Assembly (NCBI GenBank): GCA_964487735.1
Contig: CAZASJ010000007.1
Span: 8,446-72,445, forward strand
Source of the DNA: an uncultured Bacteroidales bacterium
GTDB lineage: Bacteria > Bacteroidota > Bacteroidia > Bacteroidales > B18-G4
Reading direction: 5' to 3'
DNA length: 64,000 bases
Below, in pieces: positions 9,101 to 18,410 of the stretch. The position numbers and the translations under genes were made by a program. Position 1 is the first letter of the stretch. Each line of letters starts with the position of its first letter. The notes under the pieces were generated by a model. That model did no database searches and was not told where the DNA came from. It saw only the letters and a program-made list of their open reading frames with translations.

Positions 9101-10501
9101 TTATTTAATCTGTTTCAAAATCCAATTTGTTATTTCTTCTAATGCTATTGGTGAAAAGGTTTGTTCTATTGATGCATATTCACTTGGTAATCCTGTTTCA
9201 CATTCTTGAAATAAATGATTTAAGTTTGACAATTCTTTTGTGCTAACATTTTTATTTCCACCCTTTTCTAAGGCTTTTTTAATAGCGTCTAAATTTACTT
9301 TTGCAGGTACTTGTAAGTCTTTCTCTCCATTAATAGCCAATACAGGGCATTTAACTTCTTCTAATATAAGTGCAGGATTATATTTTATGAAGCAACGCAT
9401 CCAGGGACTTGTTGATTGAGTTACCTGCAGGTTCACATATTCGTCTTCACTCATTCCTGCTGGTATTTCAGATTCAGGATTATCTTTTACTGCTTGCTTA
9501 ATATAGCTTGTTAATTCTGTTCTCAAGGAATCGGTATTATTAGATTTTAATACAATATCAAAAGCACCTTTACTAATAACTGTAGCTTTATGCAAATCAG
9601 CTTCACTAATTCCAGAAGCCTTTCCAATCAATTCTTGTTGCATTAATAGTAATTGGTCGCCACGTATTCCAGTACCTGCTAAAAGAACAATAAATTTTAT
9701 ATCTTTAAATTTCGCAGCTACTATTGGTGCAATTATTCCCCCTTCACTGTGCCCGATTAATCCAATTTCGTTTTGGTTTATTTCTTTTCTTGTTTGCAAA
9801 TATTTTATTGCAAATTCCACATCTGTTGCAAAGTCAAATGTTGTAGCATTTCCAAAGTCACCAGTAGACTCTGCGGTTCCTCGGTCATCAAACCTTAATA
9901 CTGCAATCCCGTTTTTAGTTAAATGGTCAGCTAAAACAAGGAAAGGTTTATGTCCTAACAATTCTTCATCTCTGTTCTGTGGTCCACTTCCACTTATCAG
10001 AATAACAGCTGGAAATACACCATTTTTTTCAGGGAAACTTAAAGTTCCTGCTAATACAATTTTATCCTTTGTATTTTCAAATTTTACCTCTTCAGAATAA
10101 TATGGATAGGGCTTGGTTGGCTCTTGTGGTTTGAAGACTTTTTCTTTTTCAATTTCCCCCTTAGTTAAAACCAGCGGAAAAGATTGATTCCCTTGAATAA
10201 ATGTTCCAATAAAAGCATTCTCCTTATTCAAAGTTCCTTCATACTTAATACCTGCATTTGATATTTCAAGTTTTAAAACAGAATTTTCATAACTTGTAGA
10301 AGTAACAGGAATACCTAATGCTCCCTGGTCAGGACTATCCATTGTTGAACTATACCCTTTTTCTGTTTGGGTAATATTAAAAACCAATCTCAATTGAACA
10401 CCTTGTACTTTCAATATGCCATTCCATTTACCTGAAATATCCTGTCCGTAAATTGATAAACATGTCAAAAATGCAATTATTATTAATGTTGATTTTTTCA
10501 T
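9101..10501 (-). CDS. Secreted alpha/beta hydrolase (S9/S33-like serine hydrolase)
   Basis: Signal peptide, nucleophile elbow IGHSEGG, downstream GEKDLQVP (Asp) and NLNHLF (His) candidates, and an N-terminal beta-rich extension. Confidence 0.8.
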   Translation of the reverse strand: MKKSTLIIIAFLTCLSIYGQDISGKWNGILKVQGVQLRLVFNITQTEKGYSSTMDSPDQGALGIPVTSTSYENSVLKLEISNAGIKYEGTLNKENAFIGTFIQGNQSFPLVLTKGEIEKEKVFKPQEPTKPYPYYSEEVKFENTKDKIVLAGTLSFPEKNGVFPAVILISGSGPQNRDEELLGHKPFLVLADHLTKNGIAVLRFDDRGTAESTGDFGNATTFDFATDVEFAIKYLQTRKEINQNEIGLIGHSEGGIIAPIVAAKFKDIKFIVLLAGTGIRGDQLLLMQQELIGKASGISEADLHKATVISKGAFDIVLKSNNTDSLRTELTSYIKQAVKDNPESEIPAGMSEDEYVNLQVTQSTSPWMRCFIKYNPALILEEVKCPVLAINGEKDLQVPAKVNLDAIKKALEKGGNKNVSTKELSNLNHLFQECETGLPSEYASIEQTFSPIALEEITNWILKQIK

Positions 10502-10547
10502 TTTTCCATTCTTTATAATTCATATTATTGGCTAATTCTTTGTATGC

Positions 10548-11741
10548 TTATTCTTCAGTCATATGTAATTCCATACGAATCATCTTATTCGCTATTTCCA
10601 GGCAAGCATTAGGTGTAGAATCAAAATCACAGGAATTTGTAGCCACCACAAAAGCCCTATCTAATTTTGGGGTGACCAAAACTGAAGCATACCAAATTTC
10701 ATTGCTTCCGGCATGGTTAAAGGTAATTCCTTTTGCCCAATCATGTTCTGAAACACCCCAGCCACCGGCATAAAAACCAACAGGTTCGATTAATTTGTCT
10801 AAATACTTGCGTTCCAATATTGGGTTTTCGCTTGTTAACTGAAGGGAAAGGAATTTAGCCCAGTCAGCTACACTACAATATACCCGTCCTGCAGGTCCAA
10901 TTGCTTCATCATAATAAGCGTCACTAGGCCACCATTTCCATACATACTTATTATGGCCCCAGGGTTGATCTGTTGATTTGTCTTTATTGGGATTGCCAAT
11001 TCCGGCAGTAGACATCCCCAAAGGATCGAATAAGCGTTGTTTCATTAAAATTTCCCAGCTTAAGCCCGTTATTTGTTCCGCCATACAGGCGGCAATTATA
11101 TATCCAAAATTTGAATAATGGAAGGAGTCAATTTCAAAGGTAGCCGGTGACTGTAAATTATCTTCTAAAATTGCCAAACGCCTTGCTTTAATTTCTTTCG
11201 AACTAAATGCACCCTCATCCCTTGGATTTTTCGGAATCCCGGCACGGTGGGTAAGTAGTTGCCATAGAGTAATGTTATAATAATCTGTATGAATCCTGTT
11301 TTTTAGCTGTGGAATAGCTTCTATCAATTTCATATCCCAGCCGAGCTTCCCTTCTGCAACCAAGGTGGCAAGCATGGTGGCTGTCATTGCTTTTCCACAT
11401 GAACCAAGATGAACCACATCACTCGTGCTAAACGCAATATCAGAACCCGCTTTACGGACACCTGCGGAAGCAATTGCAATTACACTATCGCCTGAGATTA
11501 TTGCAGCAATTATGCCAGGTGCTTCTCCATCATTTACTGCTTTACAAAGGATGTTATGAATTGAATCAGATTTATTTGATGCTGATTTTATTTGCGAATT
11601 TGTAGCATGCGTGCAAGACAGAATCATAACCACCAAGATCATGATCTGAACCAGGCAGAGAATATACTTCTTTCGTTTAGCTTGAGAATTCATTTTTTCT
11701 GCAATATTTAAATAACTCATGAGAATAGCGGTACCATCCAT
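10548..11741 (-). CDS. Beta-lactamase-family serine hydrolase
   Basis: SxxK in LGSCGKAM, YxN in YSNFGY, HAGS near the C-terminus. A more likely start is MNSQAKRKKYILCLV..MILSC at 11693 (lipoprotein-like). The longest ORF start (11741) shares one base with the stop of the upstream gene (TAATG). Confidence 0.85.
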   Translation of the reverse strand: MDGTAILMSYLNIAEKMNSQAKRKKYILCLVQIMILVVMILSCTHATNSQIKSASNKSDSIHNILCKAVNDGEAPGIIAAIISGDSVIAIASAGVRKAGSDIAFSTSDVVHLGSCGKAMTATMLATLVAEGKLGWDMKLIEAIPQLKNRIHTDYYNITLWQLLTHRAGIPKNPRDEGAFSSKEIKARRLAILEDNLQSPATFEIDSFHYSNFGYIIAACMAEQITGLSWEILMKQRLFDPLGMSTAGIGNPNKDKSTDQPWGHNKYVWKWWPSDAYYDEAIGPAGRVYCSVADWAKFLSLQLTSENPILERKYLDKLIEPVGFYAGGWGVSEHDWAKGITFNHAGSNEIWYASVLVTPKLDRAFVVATNSCDFDSTPNACLEIANKMIRMELHMTEE

Positions 11742-13564
11742 TAATCCACTGATAATTTACAAATTACGTCGTCTCCACCATCCGGATGCATCGTCATACT
11801 TTCTAGTTCTCCAGCCTCATTTACATTAAATGAAAATTCATAAACCGATCCAATTATAAAGAATTCATTTGGGGATCTTGGAAGTAAGGGAATGTCGCCT
11901 TGTTCAGGTATTTGCAATATCAACTGACTATCATTTTTGATAACAGTAAATAAAAAGCCCGGACTCAATTCAAATTTACCGACATATGTTTCCAGAATGG
12001 CATCTTCAACAGTCACATCTTTGTATAATTCCGCCTTGGTTGGCTCAGGGATGGCATTTAACAACAATCGCCCTACCATTGTATAAGTAGGCGGTTCAAT
12101 GGCATCTTTAGTGATGGGGAAACCTGTAATTCCGGCTTCTCCACGTTGGCCTGCTTCAGCAACAAAACTGATATTTCCATTTTTATCCGGGTGAAATCTA
12201 AATATAAAACTTGAACCAAAGTAGCTTGAGTAAAGGAGCTTATTATTTTTAATATCGATCACTGAAACAAAAGATTTTTTGCGCCCAAGAAATGTGGAAT
12301 TAAAGCTCTTCTCACAGACCGGAAACTCTGAATATAAGGCATTTTCAGTCATGGGTAAATCAGGAGAACTTGTTATTCCTCCAATAATGACAGTATCCTT
12401 ATTAAGAAAATATGCTGACATGACATGCTCATCTTCACTCCCCCCAAACAGGCTGGCGTATTCTAAGGTCATCGTTTCAGAATTAAATACCGACACATAG
12501 CAATCCTGCATCCCTGTATCTTTTATGTTTATCGCCTGATCAGTTAGTGGGAAACTTTCTGCCAAAGTGCTGCCACTTACAATCAATCTGTTTGGTTTTG
12601 CCCACTGTATAGGTGAACTCCAATATCCATTGGTTGCAAAATAGCTGAAATACAAAATTTTACTACCTGTCTCATCTATCTTAGCAATATAATGATCCAT
12701 TAAACCACTAGATTTAGGCATAATTATTTCTTTTCGAAAGGCATTATCAGTTACAGGTAAGTCTGTTGTATAAGTATTGCCTGATATATAAATATTGTCT
12801 TTGTCATCAATGGCAACACCGATAATCCCTTCCCTTGTGCTGCTTCCAAAGAAGGTGGAAAATAAAAGCTTTTCACCATCGTGACTAAATTTAGAAAGAA
12901 AACCATGCATATTATCTTTAATGTCAATGCTACCTTTAGTTAAAGGAAAGTCATTAGACTTGGTAGTTCCTCCAACAACAACATTCCCTTTAGAATCAAC
13001 CTTAATTCCTCCTGAGTTTACTGTTTCTTCAACTTCCCCGCCAATAAACGTAGAAAATATAATATCCGTTCCATCCGGGTTTATTTTAGTTACGAAAACA
13101 TCACCGGCCCAGGTTCCTTCACCATTGAAACTTGTGTCGTAGCTTCCGGCTGTTACAGGAAAGTCGGAAGAATGCGTTCCTCCGGCTATATATATATATC
13201 CTTCATCATCAACCGTTATTGCACTATGATGTTCTCTTTTGGTACCACCAATTAATGTAGCAAAGACGATTTCACCTTCGGGCGTATACTTTGCTACAAA
13301 GACATCTGCCTCTCCTTTAAGTTGTGTTTGATACGCTCCTTCTGTGGCCGGGAAATTCTTATCTCTGGTATTTCCACAAATATAAGTATAGCCATCGCTA
13401 TCGGTATAAATATCGAAACCTGATGCGTATTTATCGGTGTGTGATAGATAAGTAGAAAAACCAAGCGTAAATACCGTGGTATCTTGCAGTTGGTTTGTTT
13501 GCGATTTTAGAATCCCCTGGCATAGCAGCATCGCCAATACCATCATACTAAATTGTTTTTTCAT
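11741..13564 (-). CDS. Secreted SBBP-type beta-propeller repeat protein with small C-terminal beta-domain
   Basis: Signal peptide. At least 6 reiterations of G-x-T-x-S-x-D/N-F/L-P-x-T-x-x-A (GNTRDKNFPATEGAYQ, GGTHSSDFPVTAGSYD, GGTTKSNDFPLTKGSID, GNTYTTDLPVTDNAFR, GSTLAESFPLTDQAIN, GITSSPDLPMTENALY). The C-terminal YVGKFELSPGFLFTVIKNDSQLILQIPEQG..LLPRSPNEFF resembles the DUF3471-type domain usually appended to beta-lactamase-family enzymes (recall-based). Confidence 0.7.
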   Translation of the reverse strand: MKKQFSMMVLAMLLCQGILKSQTNQLQDTTVFTLGFSTYLSHTDKYASGFDIYTDSDGYTYICGNTRDKNFPATEGAYQTQLKGEADVFVAKYTPEGEIVFATLIGGTKREHHSAITVDDEGYIYIAGGTHSSDFPVTAGSYDTSFNGEGTWAGDVFVTKINPDGTDIIFSTFIGGEVEETVNSGGIKVDSKGNVVVGGTTKSNDFPLTKGSIDIKDNMHGFLSKFSHDGEKLLFSTFFGSSTREGIIGVAIDDKDNIYISGNTYTTDLPVTDNAFRKEIIMPKSSGLMDHYIAKIDETGSKILYFSYFATNGYWSSPIQWAKPNRLIVSGSTLAESFPLTDQAINIKDTGMQDCYVSVFNSETMTLEYASLFGGSEDEHVMSAYFLNKDTVIIGGITSSPDLPMTENALYSEFPVCEKSFNSTFLGRKKSFVSVIDIKNNKLLYSSYFGSSFIFRFHPDKNGNISFVAEAGQRGEAGITGFPITKDAIEPPTYTMVGRLLLNAIPEPTKAELYKDVTVEDAILETYVGKFELSPGFLFTVIKNDSQLILQIPEQGDIPLLPRSPNEFFIIGSVYEFSFNVNEAGELESMTMHPDGGDDVICKLSVD

Positions 13565-13681
13565 GTCGATTTTTTAAGTTTACTATATCGACAAACTAAG
13601 TGCCAAAAACTTGTTTTGCAACTAGCAAAATGATGAACAGTTATTTAAAATGATAAACGGTATAAAATCGGGGATAAGCGC

Positions 13682-14404
13682 TTATTTATGCGCTTTTTTA
13701 AGGTTCTTAAAGCAGTTGCGACTTACCTCAAAAGGGCCTTTGATATGCTTCATTCGAACCTGATGGTAGGTTTTTGAATAGGTTTCAACCTTTTCAATGA
13801 ATTTCAGGTTGACGATGCTTGAGCGATGAATTCTAATAAAAAAAGCCGGAGGTAGCTCAAGTTCCCACTGCTTTAAGGTTTTTAAGATGATATAACTAAT
13901 GCCACTTGTAGTTTCTATTTTTGAATGATTTCCTACAGATGAGATGGCGATGATGGTACTTATTTCAACAAATCGTGCAGTACAATTGGTTTGTTTGAGG
14001 TAGATTGAATCGTTATAGTCAAATTTCTTCACAGCATTTTGAGTTGCCGGGTTTTCAGATATTCTGTCGAGCGCTATTTTCAGGCGTTTTGGATCGACCG
14101 GTTTCAAAAGATAATCGCTTGCATTTACGTCAAATGCTTTGATAGCAAATTCATCGTATGCCGTAACAAAGATGATCTTGAAATCAACACAAACTTTATC
14201 CAGTAGGTCAAATCCATTTTCACCCGAAAGTTGAATGTCAAGGAAGACTAAATCAGGTTGGATCTTTTCAATCAACTTTATTGCTTTTGAAATATTATCG
14301 GCCTCGCCACTAATTACCATTTCAGGAAAGTCTTTCAATAAAAAGATAAGCTCTTTTCTTGCAGGGCGTTCATCGTCAATAATGATTGCTTTTATTGTAC
14401 CCAT
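13682..14404 (-). CDS. LytTR-family response regulator (REC + LytTR DNA-binding domain)
   Basis: REC motifs IIDDERPARKEL, DLVFLDIQL, YLLKP. The C-terminal LytTR block is IRIHRSSIVNLKFIEKV. Confidence 0.9.
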   Translation of the reverse strand: MGTIKAIIIDDERPARKELIFLLKDFPEMVISGEADNISKAIKLIEKIQPDLVFLDIQLSGENGFDLLDKVCVDFKIIFVTAYDEFAIKAFDVNASDYLLKPVDPKRLKIALDRISENPATQNAVKKFDYNDSIYLKQTNCTARFVEISTIIAISSVGNHSKIETTSGISYIILKTLKQWELELPPAFFIRIHRSSIVNLKFIEKVETYSKTYHQVRMKHIKGPFEVSRNCFKNLKKAHK

Positions 14405-14407
14405 TCT

Positions 14408-15475
14408 TTATTTAGCTATTTGATTTTTGTAATCACTGATAATTATCTGCGAAATCACCCATGAATTTTTTTCATATAGCCTGAATGAGTGCTTGTCGGG
14501 GAAATAAAGGGAAAGTCGCTTTTTGGTATTTTCTATTCCTGTTTTTGTTCCTTCGCTGCTTTTATCGCATTCAACTAAATGTCCGCTATTGTGAACACTA
14601 ATTTCAAGCTGGCTGTTTGCTTTGGCAACAATTTTTATGTTTAAAGGAATGCTGCTGGATTGCAAACCGAATTTTATTGCATTTTCAACGAGGGGTAGAA
14701 TGATAAAAAATGGAATCTTAATATTATATAGCTTTTCATCAATGTCATAAATAATATTCAGCTTTTCTTCAAATCTGATTTTTTGGATTTCAAGATAGTT
14801 TTTTATGGCATTGATTTCATTTTCAAAAGTATCGGTGGTTCCATTTTGGGATAATGAATACCGAAAGAAATTGGATAACTCTGTAATCATATTTCGAGCC
14901 ACCGTTTTGTCCTCTTCCACCATCGATCGAATGGTATTTAACGCATTAAATAAGAAATGAGGATTGATTTGGTATCGAAGCATTTGCAATTGAGCTTCAT
15001 TGGCAAGATTTGTTGCCTGCAGGGTCATTTCTTTTTGCTTTTTTAAATTAAGCCAATGATTAATGAGAAAATATAAACCTGCGAATGCGATAACAACAAA
15101 CAGAAAACTAAATGCTTTGACAAAATAATCATCACTAAATGATAAGGTGCCGGTCTTTACAAGATCAACAATGAAAGTACCAAGAATCATCCACATCAAT
15201 GAAAGGACATAACAGGCCGGTATAAAGAAGAGAATAAATGCTTTTTTGGATACCTGGTTTCTTTTGCTCAGGTAATTCAGCAGGAAGAATAATAGTGATA
15301 TTATAATATAACCACCTATAAATCTCGAGAAACTCACTAATATAATAGTACTAACAGGAGCCTCAACATAGGGATTGATTAGCCATGAGAAAGCGGTAAT
15401 GAAAAAGTATAACAACATCCCGCCTATTTTGGCTGCTTCAAATATGTAAGTCTCTTTTGGTTTTAAGTTCAACAT
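14408..15475 (-). CDS. LytS/YehU-type sensor histidine kinase
   Basis: Multi-TM N-terminus, His_kinase signature LRYQINPHFLFNALNTIRS, and a C-terminal HATPase-like region. Its stop is 3 nt upstream of the regulator's start. Confidence 0.9.
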   Translation of the reverse strand: MLNLKPKETYIFEAAKIGGMLLYFFITAFSWLINPYVEAPVSTIILVSFSRFIGGYIIISLLFFLLNYLSKRNQVSKKAFILFFIPACYVLSLMWMILGTFIVDLVKTGTLSFSDDYFVKAFSFLFVVIAFAGLYFLINHWLNLKKQKEMTLQATNLANEAQLQMLRYQINPHFLFNALNTIRSMVEEDKTVARNMITELSNFFRYSLSQNGTTDTFENEINAIKNYLEIQKIRFEEKLNIIYDIDEKLYNIKIPFFIILPLVENAIKFGLQSSSIPLNIKIVAKANSQLEISVHNSGHLVECDKSSEGTKTGIENTKKRLSLYFPDKHSFRLYEKNSWVISQIIISDYKNQIAK

Positions 15476-15640
15476 CTGCGAAACAAATGTAGTGAAATAA
15501 AAGATGTTTTTCAGGGTTCAGGTCCTATGCCTGCATTTCTGTAAGATGAGTTTGTCAACAACATTATTGTTAAAAAGAAACAAAGAAATTGACAATTAAA
15601 TTTTATCAGGATTTGGGGAATAAACTATCTTTAAAGAAAA

Positions 15641-16285
15641 ATGTACTGTATGAAAGCAATCGCATTTAACGGAAGCCCCAAACCCAAAGGAAATACATTC
15701 CACGCCCTTAAGATCGTTACTGATGAATTGGAAAAACAAGGAATTGAAACGGAAATTATTACGGTTGGCAATAAGAAAATATCAGGATGTTTAGCCTGTA
15801 ATATGTGTGTTAAAAACAGGGATGAGAAATGCATCCAGAAATCCGATCCGGTGAACGAGTGGATTCAGAAAATGAAAGAAGCCGATGGTATTTTACTGGG
15901 AAGCCCGGTACATTACGCATCCATCAGCGGAAATATGAAATCCTTTCTCGACAGGGCATTTTATGTAGCTGGAGCTAACGGAGGCATGCTTCGTTATAAA
16001 GTAGGAGCCTCAGTAATTGCTGTGAGGCGATCTGGAGGATTAACTGCTTTTCACGACATGAATAATTTCCTTACATATGCCGAGATGATGATCCCCACTT
16101 CAAATTATTGGAATGTGATTCATGGAGCTGCACCCGGAGAAGTGCTTAAGGATGCTGAGGGTGTCCAGATCATGGAAGTGCTTGGACGCAATATGGCCTA
16201 CCTTATGAAGCTTATAGAAGCTGGAAAAGACACAGTGAAAGCACCCGAAAAAACGAGGAAGACTTATACTAATTTTATTCGGTAA
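15641..16285 (+). CDS. Iron-sulfur flavoprotein (Isf)-like NADPH-dependent FMN reductase
   Basis: MKAIAFNGSPKPKGNT flavodoxin-like start. Compact Cys motif CLACNMCVKNRDEKC (Cx2Cx2Cx7C), as in Isf proteins. An alternative start is at 15650. Confidence 0.75.
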   Translation: MYCMKAIAFNGSPKPKGNTFHALKIVTDELEKQGIETEIITVGNKKISGCLACNMCVKNRDEKCIQKSDPVNEWIQKMKEADGILLGSPVHYASISGNMKSFLDRAFYVAGANGGMLRYKVGASVIAVRRSGGLTAFHDMNNFLTYAEMMIPTSNYWNVIHGAAPGEVLKDAEGVQIMEVLGRNMAYLMKLIEAGKDTVKAPEKTRKTYTNFIR

Positions 16286-16529
16286 ACAGAGAAAACCTAT
16301 TCATAGGTCCTGGCTATTTGTAGTACTCAAGCAAACCACACCCCAATCTATTAATAGGCAAATTGAGAAAATGTCCTCCTTTTTTCAAAACAGCTTAATA
16401 ATCGACAATTGAAAATTGATACAGATTAACTATATTTGAAATAGAGAAAGTTCACTTTAGCAATTCACTGAAAGCTGTCCAACTTTCTTTTAAGTCAACC
16501 ACAATACGAAAAAGCATTAAAGCACCTAA

Positions 16530-17423
16530 ATGAACCCTGTCATACTCATATTCATTCTTATAATAATTAGCTTCATATTGTTCTACTGGATTCGCAGATA
16601 TAACATGAGATGGAAATCGCCGAAGGAAGCTTTTCCGGCAGAATGGAAAATGATCTTAGTGCAGGAAGTCTTATTTTATAATTCATTGGCAGAAGACGAG
16701 AAAAAACGATTTGAATATAAAGTTCAGGAATTCCTATTGAATTGCAGAATAACTGGTATAGAAACTACGGTAGATGAGACTGACAAAGTGCTTATCGCGT
16801 CTAGTGCTATTATTCCAATATTTGCATTTGATGATTGGAAGTATTCTAATATTCATGAAGTTTTACTCTACCCGGCAATGTTTAATAAAAACTTTGACAC
16901 AGAAGGCACAGACAGAAATATTCTGGGGATGGTTGGAAATGGTTATATGGAAGGGATCATGACCCTGTCAAAACAAGCACTTAGACATGGATTTAAAAAT
17001 GAAACAGACAAGAAGAATACAGCTATCCATGAGTTTGTACACCTGATAGATAAGACAGATGGAACCATCGATGGTATTCCAACATTATTATTGGAAAAAC
17101 AATATACCATTCCATGGATTGACCTGATCAGTAAAAAAATAGAGGATGTATATGGAGGGAATTCAGACATCAACCCATATGGAGGAAGCAATCGGGCTGA
17201 ATTTTTCGCAGTTGCCAGCGAGTATTTCTTTGAACGTCCAAAATTGCTGAAGAAAAATCATCCTCAATTATACAATCTGATGGAAAAGACCTTTAAACAA
17301 GATATGTCGTTGAGGCCATTAAGAAAAAATAAAGTTAAGATTGGACGCAATAGTCCTTGTCCATGCAAAAGCGGAAAAAAGTTTAAGAATTGTTGCGGAC
17401 GTATACATTATCAGAAATCATGA
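16530..17423 (+). CDS. M90 (MtfA-like) zinc metallopeptidase with N-terminal TM helix and C-terminal SEC-C motif
   Basis: TM segment VILIFILIIISFILFYWI, HExxH in AIHEFVHLID, MtfA-type NRAEFFAVASEYFFERP, and terminal SPCPCKSGKKFKNCCG (SEC-C metal-binding motif). Confidence 0.85.
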   Translation: MNPVILIFILIIISFILFYWIRRYNMRWKSPKEAFPAEWKMILVQEVLFYNSLAEDEKKRFEYKVQEFLLNCRITGIETTVDETDKVLIASSAIIPIFAFDDWKYSNIHEVLLYPAMFNKNFDTEGTDRNILGMVGNGYMEGIMTLSKQALRHGFKNETDKKNTAIHEFVHLIDKTDGTIDGIPTLLLEKQYTIPWIDLISKKIEDVYGGNSDINPYGGSNRAEFFAVASEYFFERPKLLKKNHPQLYNLMEKTFKQDMSLRPLRKNKVKIGRNSPCPCKSGKKFKNCCGRIHYQKS

Positions 17424-17443
17424 TCATGAAAAGTCATGAGATT

Positions 17444-17552
17444 GTTCCCGGGAAACTTCACAATACCGACATGCAACCGGAGCGAGAGGTCCTTCCTCAC
17501 TCCGCTCCTCAGGAATTCCCCCGAGTACTCGGGGGAAGGACGAAGGACCCTC
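17444..17552. other. GC-rich multi-palindrome element (possible terminator, structured RNA or repeat)
   Basis: Perfect 22 nt palindrome TTCCCCCGAGTACTCGGGGGAA (17516..17537) and TTCCCGGGAA palindrome (17445..17454). Further pairings are GGAGCG..CGCTCC and GGTCCTTCC..GGAAGGAC(C). Direct CCTCAGG repeats flank the core. It is clearly more GC-rich than the surroundings. Confidence 0.5.
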
Positions 17553-17686
17553 AGGCTTTTAGCAAAACGCCAATAAGCCAACCCCTCAATGCAATAACAC
17601 TAAAGAATGAAAAAGAAGTCCTTTTTTAAAATCATTCCTAAGATAAAAAACATAAATTTGGCACTTTAATTTCAATAGGGAAGAAG

Positions 17687-18103
17687 ATGCAAAAGCTCAT
17701 ATTTTCTGAAAAAATTTACACTTATCATATCGACTTTGCCGGACACGTTAGTAACATTGTTTACATCCAATGGATGGAAAATTGTCGTATCCGTTTTTTG
17801 GAGGCTATTGGCTTTCCGGTTAGCGATCTTAACGAAGAAGAAGGCATAATACCCGTACTGGTTGAAACAAATATCATCTACAAAACCCCCTTCTATATGG
17901 GAAATGAAGTGCATATTGAGATGTGGGTTTCGAAAATGAACAATGCATCTGCCATTATGGAATTCCGTTTTTTCAATGAGAAAAAAGAACTATGTGCACG
18001 TGCCTGGCAGAAAGGATTGTTTATTGAGCGCAAATCAAAACGTCCCAAGCGAATAAGTCCGGAACACAAAACAGGATTTGAAAAATATTTTATTGAAGGA
18101 TAA
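17687..18103 (+). CDS. 4HBT/YbgC-like acyl-CoA thioesterase
   Basis: 138 aa hotdog-size protein. The N-terminal block YTYHIDFAGHVSNIVYIQWME is typical of the 4HBT thioesterase family. Confidence 0.8.
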   Translation: MQKLIFSEKIYTYHIDFAGHVSNIVYIQWMENCRIRFLEAIGFPVSDLNEEEGIIPVLVETNIIYKTPFYMGNEVHIEMWVSKMNNASAIMEFRFFNEKKELCARAWQKGLFIERKSKRPKRISPEHKTGFEKYFIEG

Positions 18104-18410
18104 ATTTTATCTGCATTAACATCATTTGATTCTCTATAAGAATCCATCTTATTTCGAGAAATTTCAATTCCGTCAATTTCTAATAACTATATCAAAAAAG
18201 CGAATCTAACAACTGAAATTGACCTCTAACACTCAAGTATAGTGGCCAGGCAAATGGAACACTCTTACCGCTTCATAAATATGCAATAAAAGGGGGGTAA
18301 TAGTAGCGGTATTTGCAGTTTGTACGGTTAGAATACCGTATTATTTCGTACCTTTATCGCAAGCCCTGATATGGGATCTTTTATTTCCTGATAGATTCAT
18401 AACAAAAAAT

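Noticed and set aside
15631-15834. 67-aa minus-strand ORF overlapping the start of the Isf-like flavoprotein gene
   Set aside because: It is antisense to a gene with a clear flavodoxin-like N-terminus and Cys cluster, and it has no motifs.
17390-17629. 79-aa ORF spanning the GC-rich palindrome cluster
   Set aside because: It overlaps the end of the M90 gene out of frame, and its sequence simply reflects the palindromes (P/R/G-rich). A non-coding structured element explains it better.
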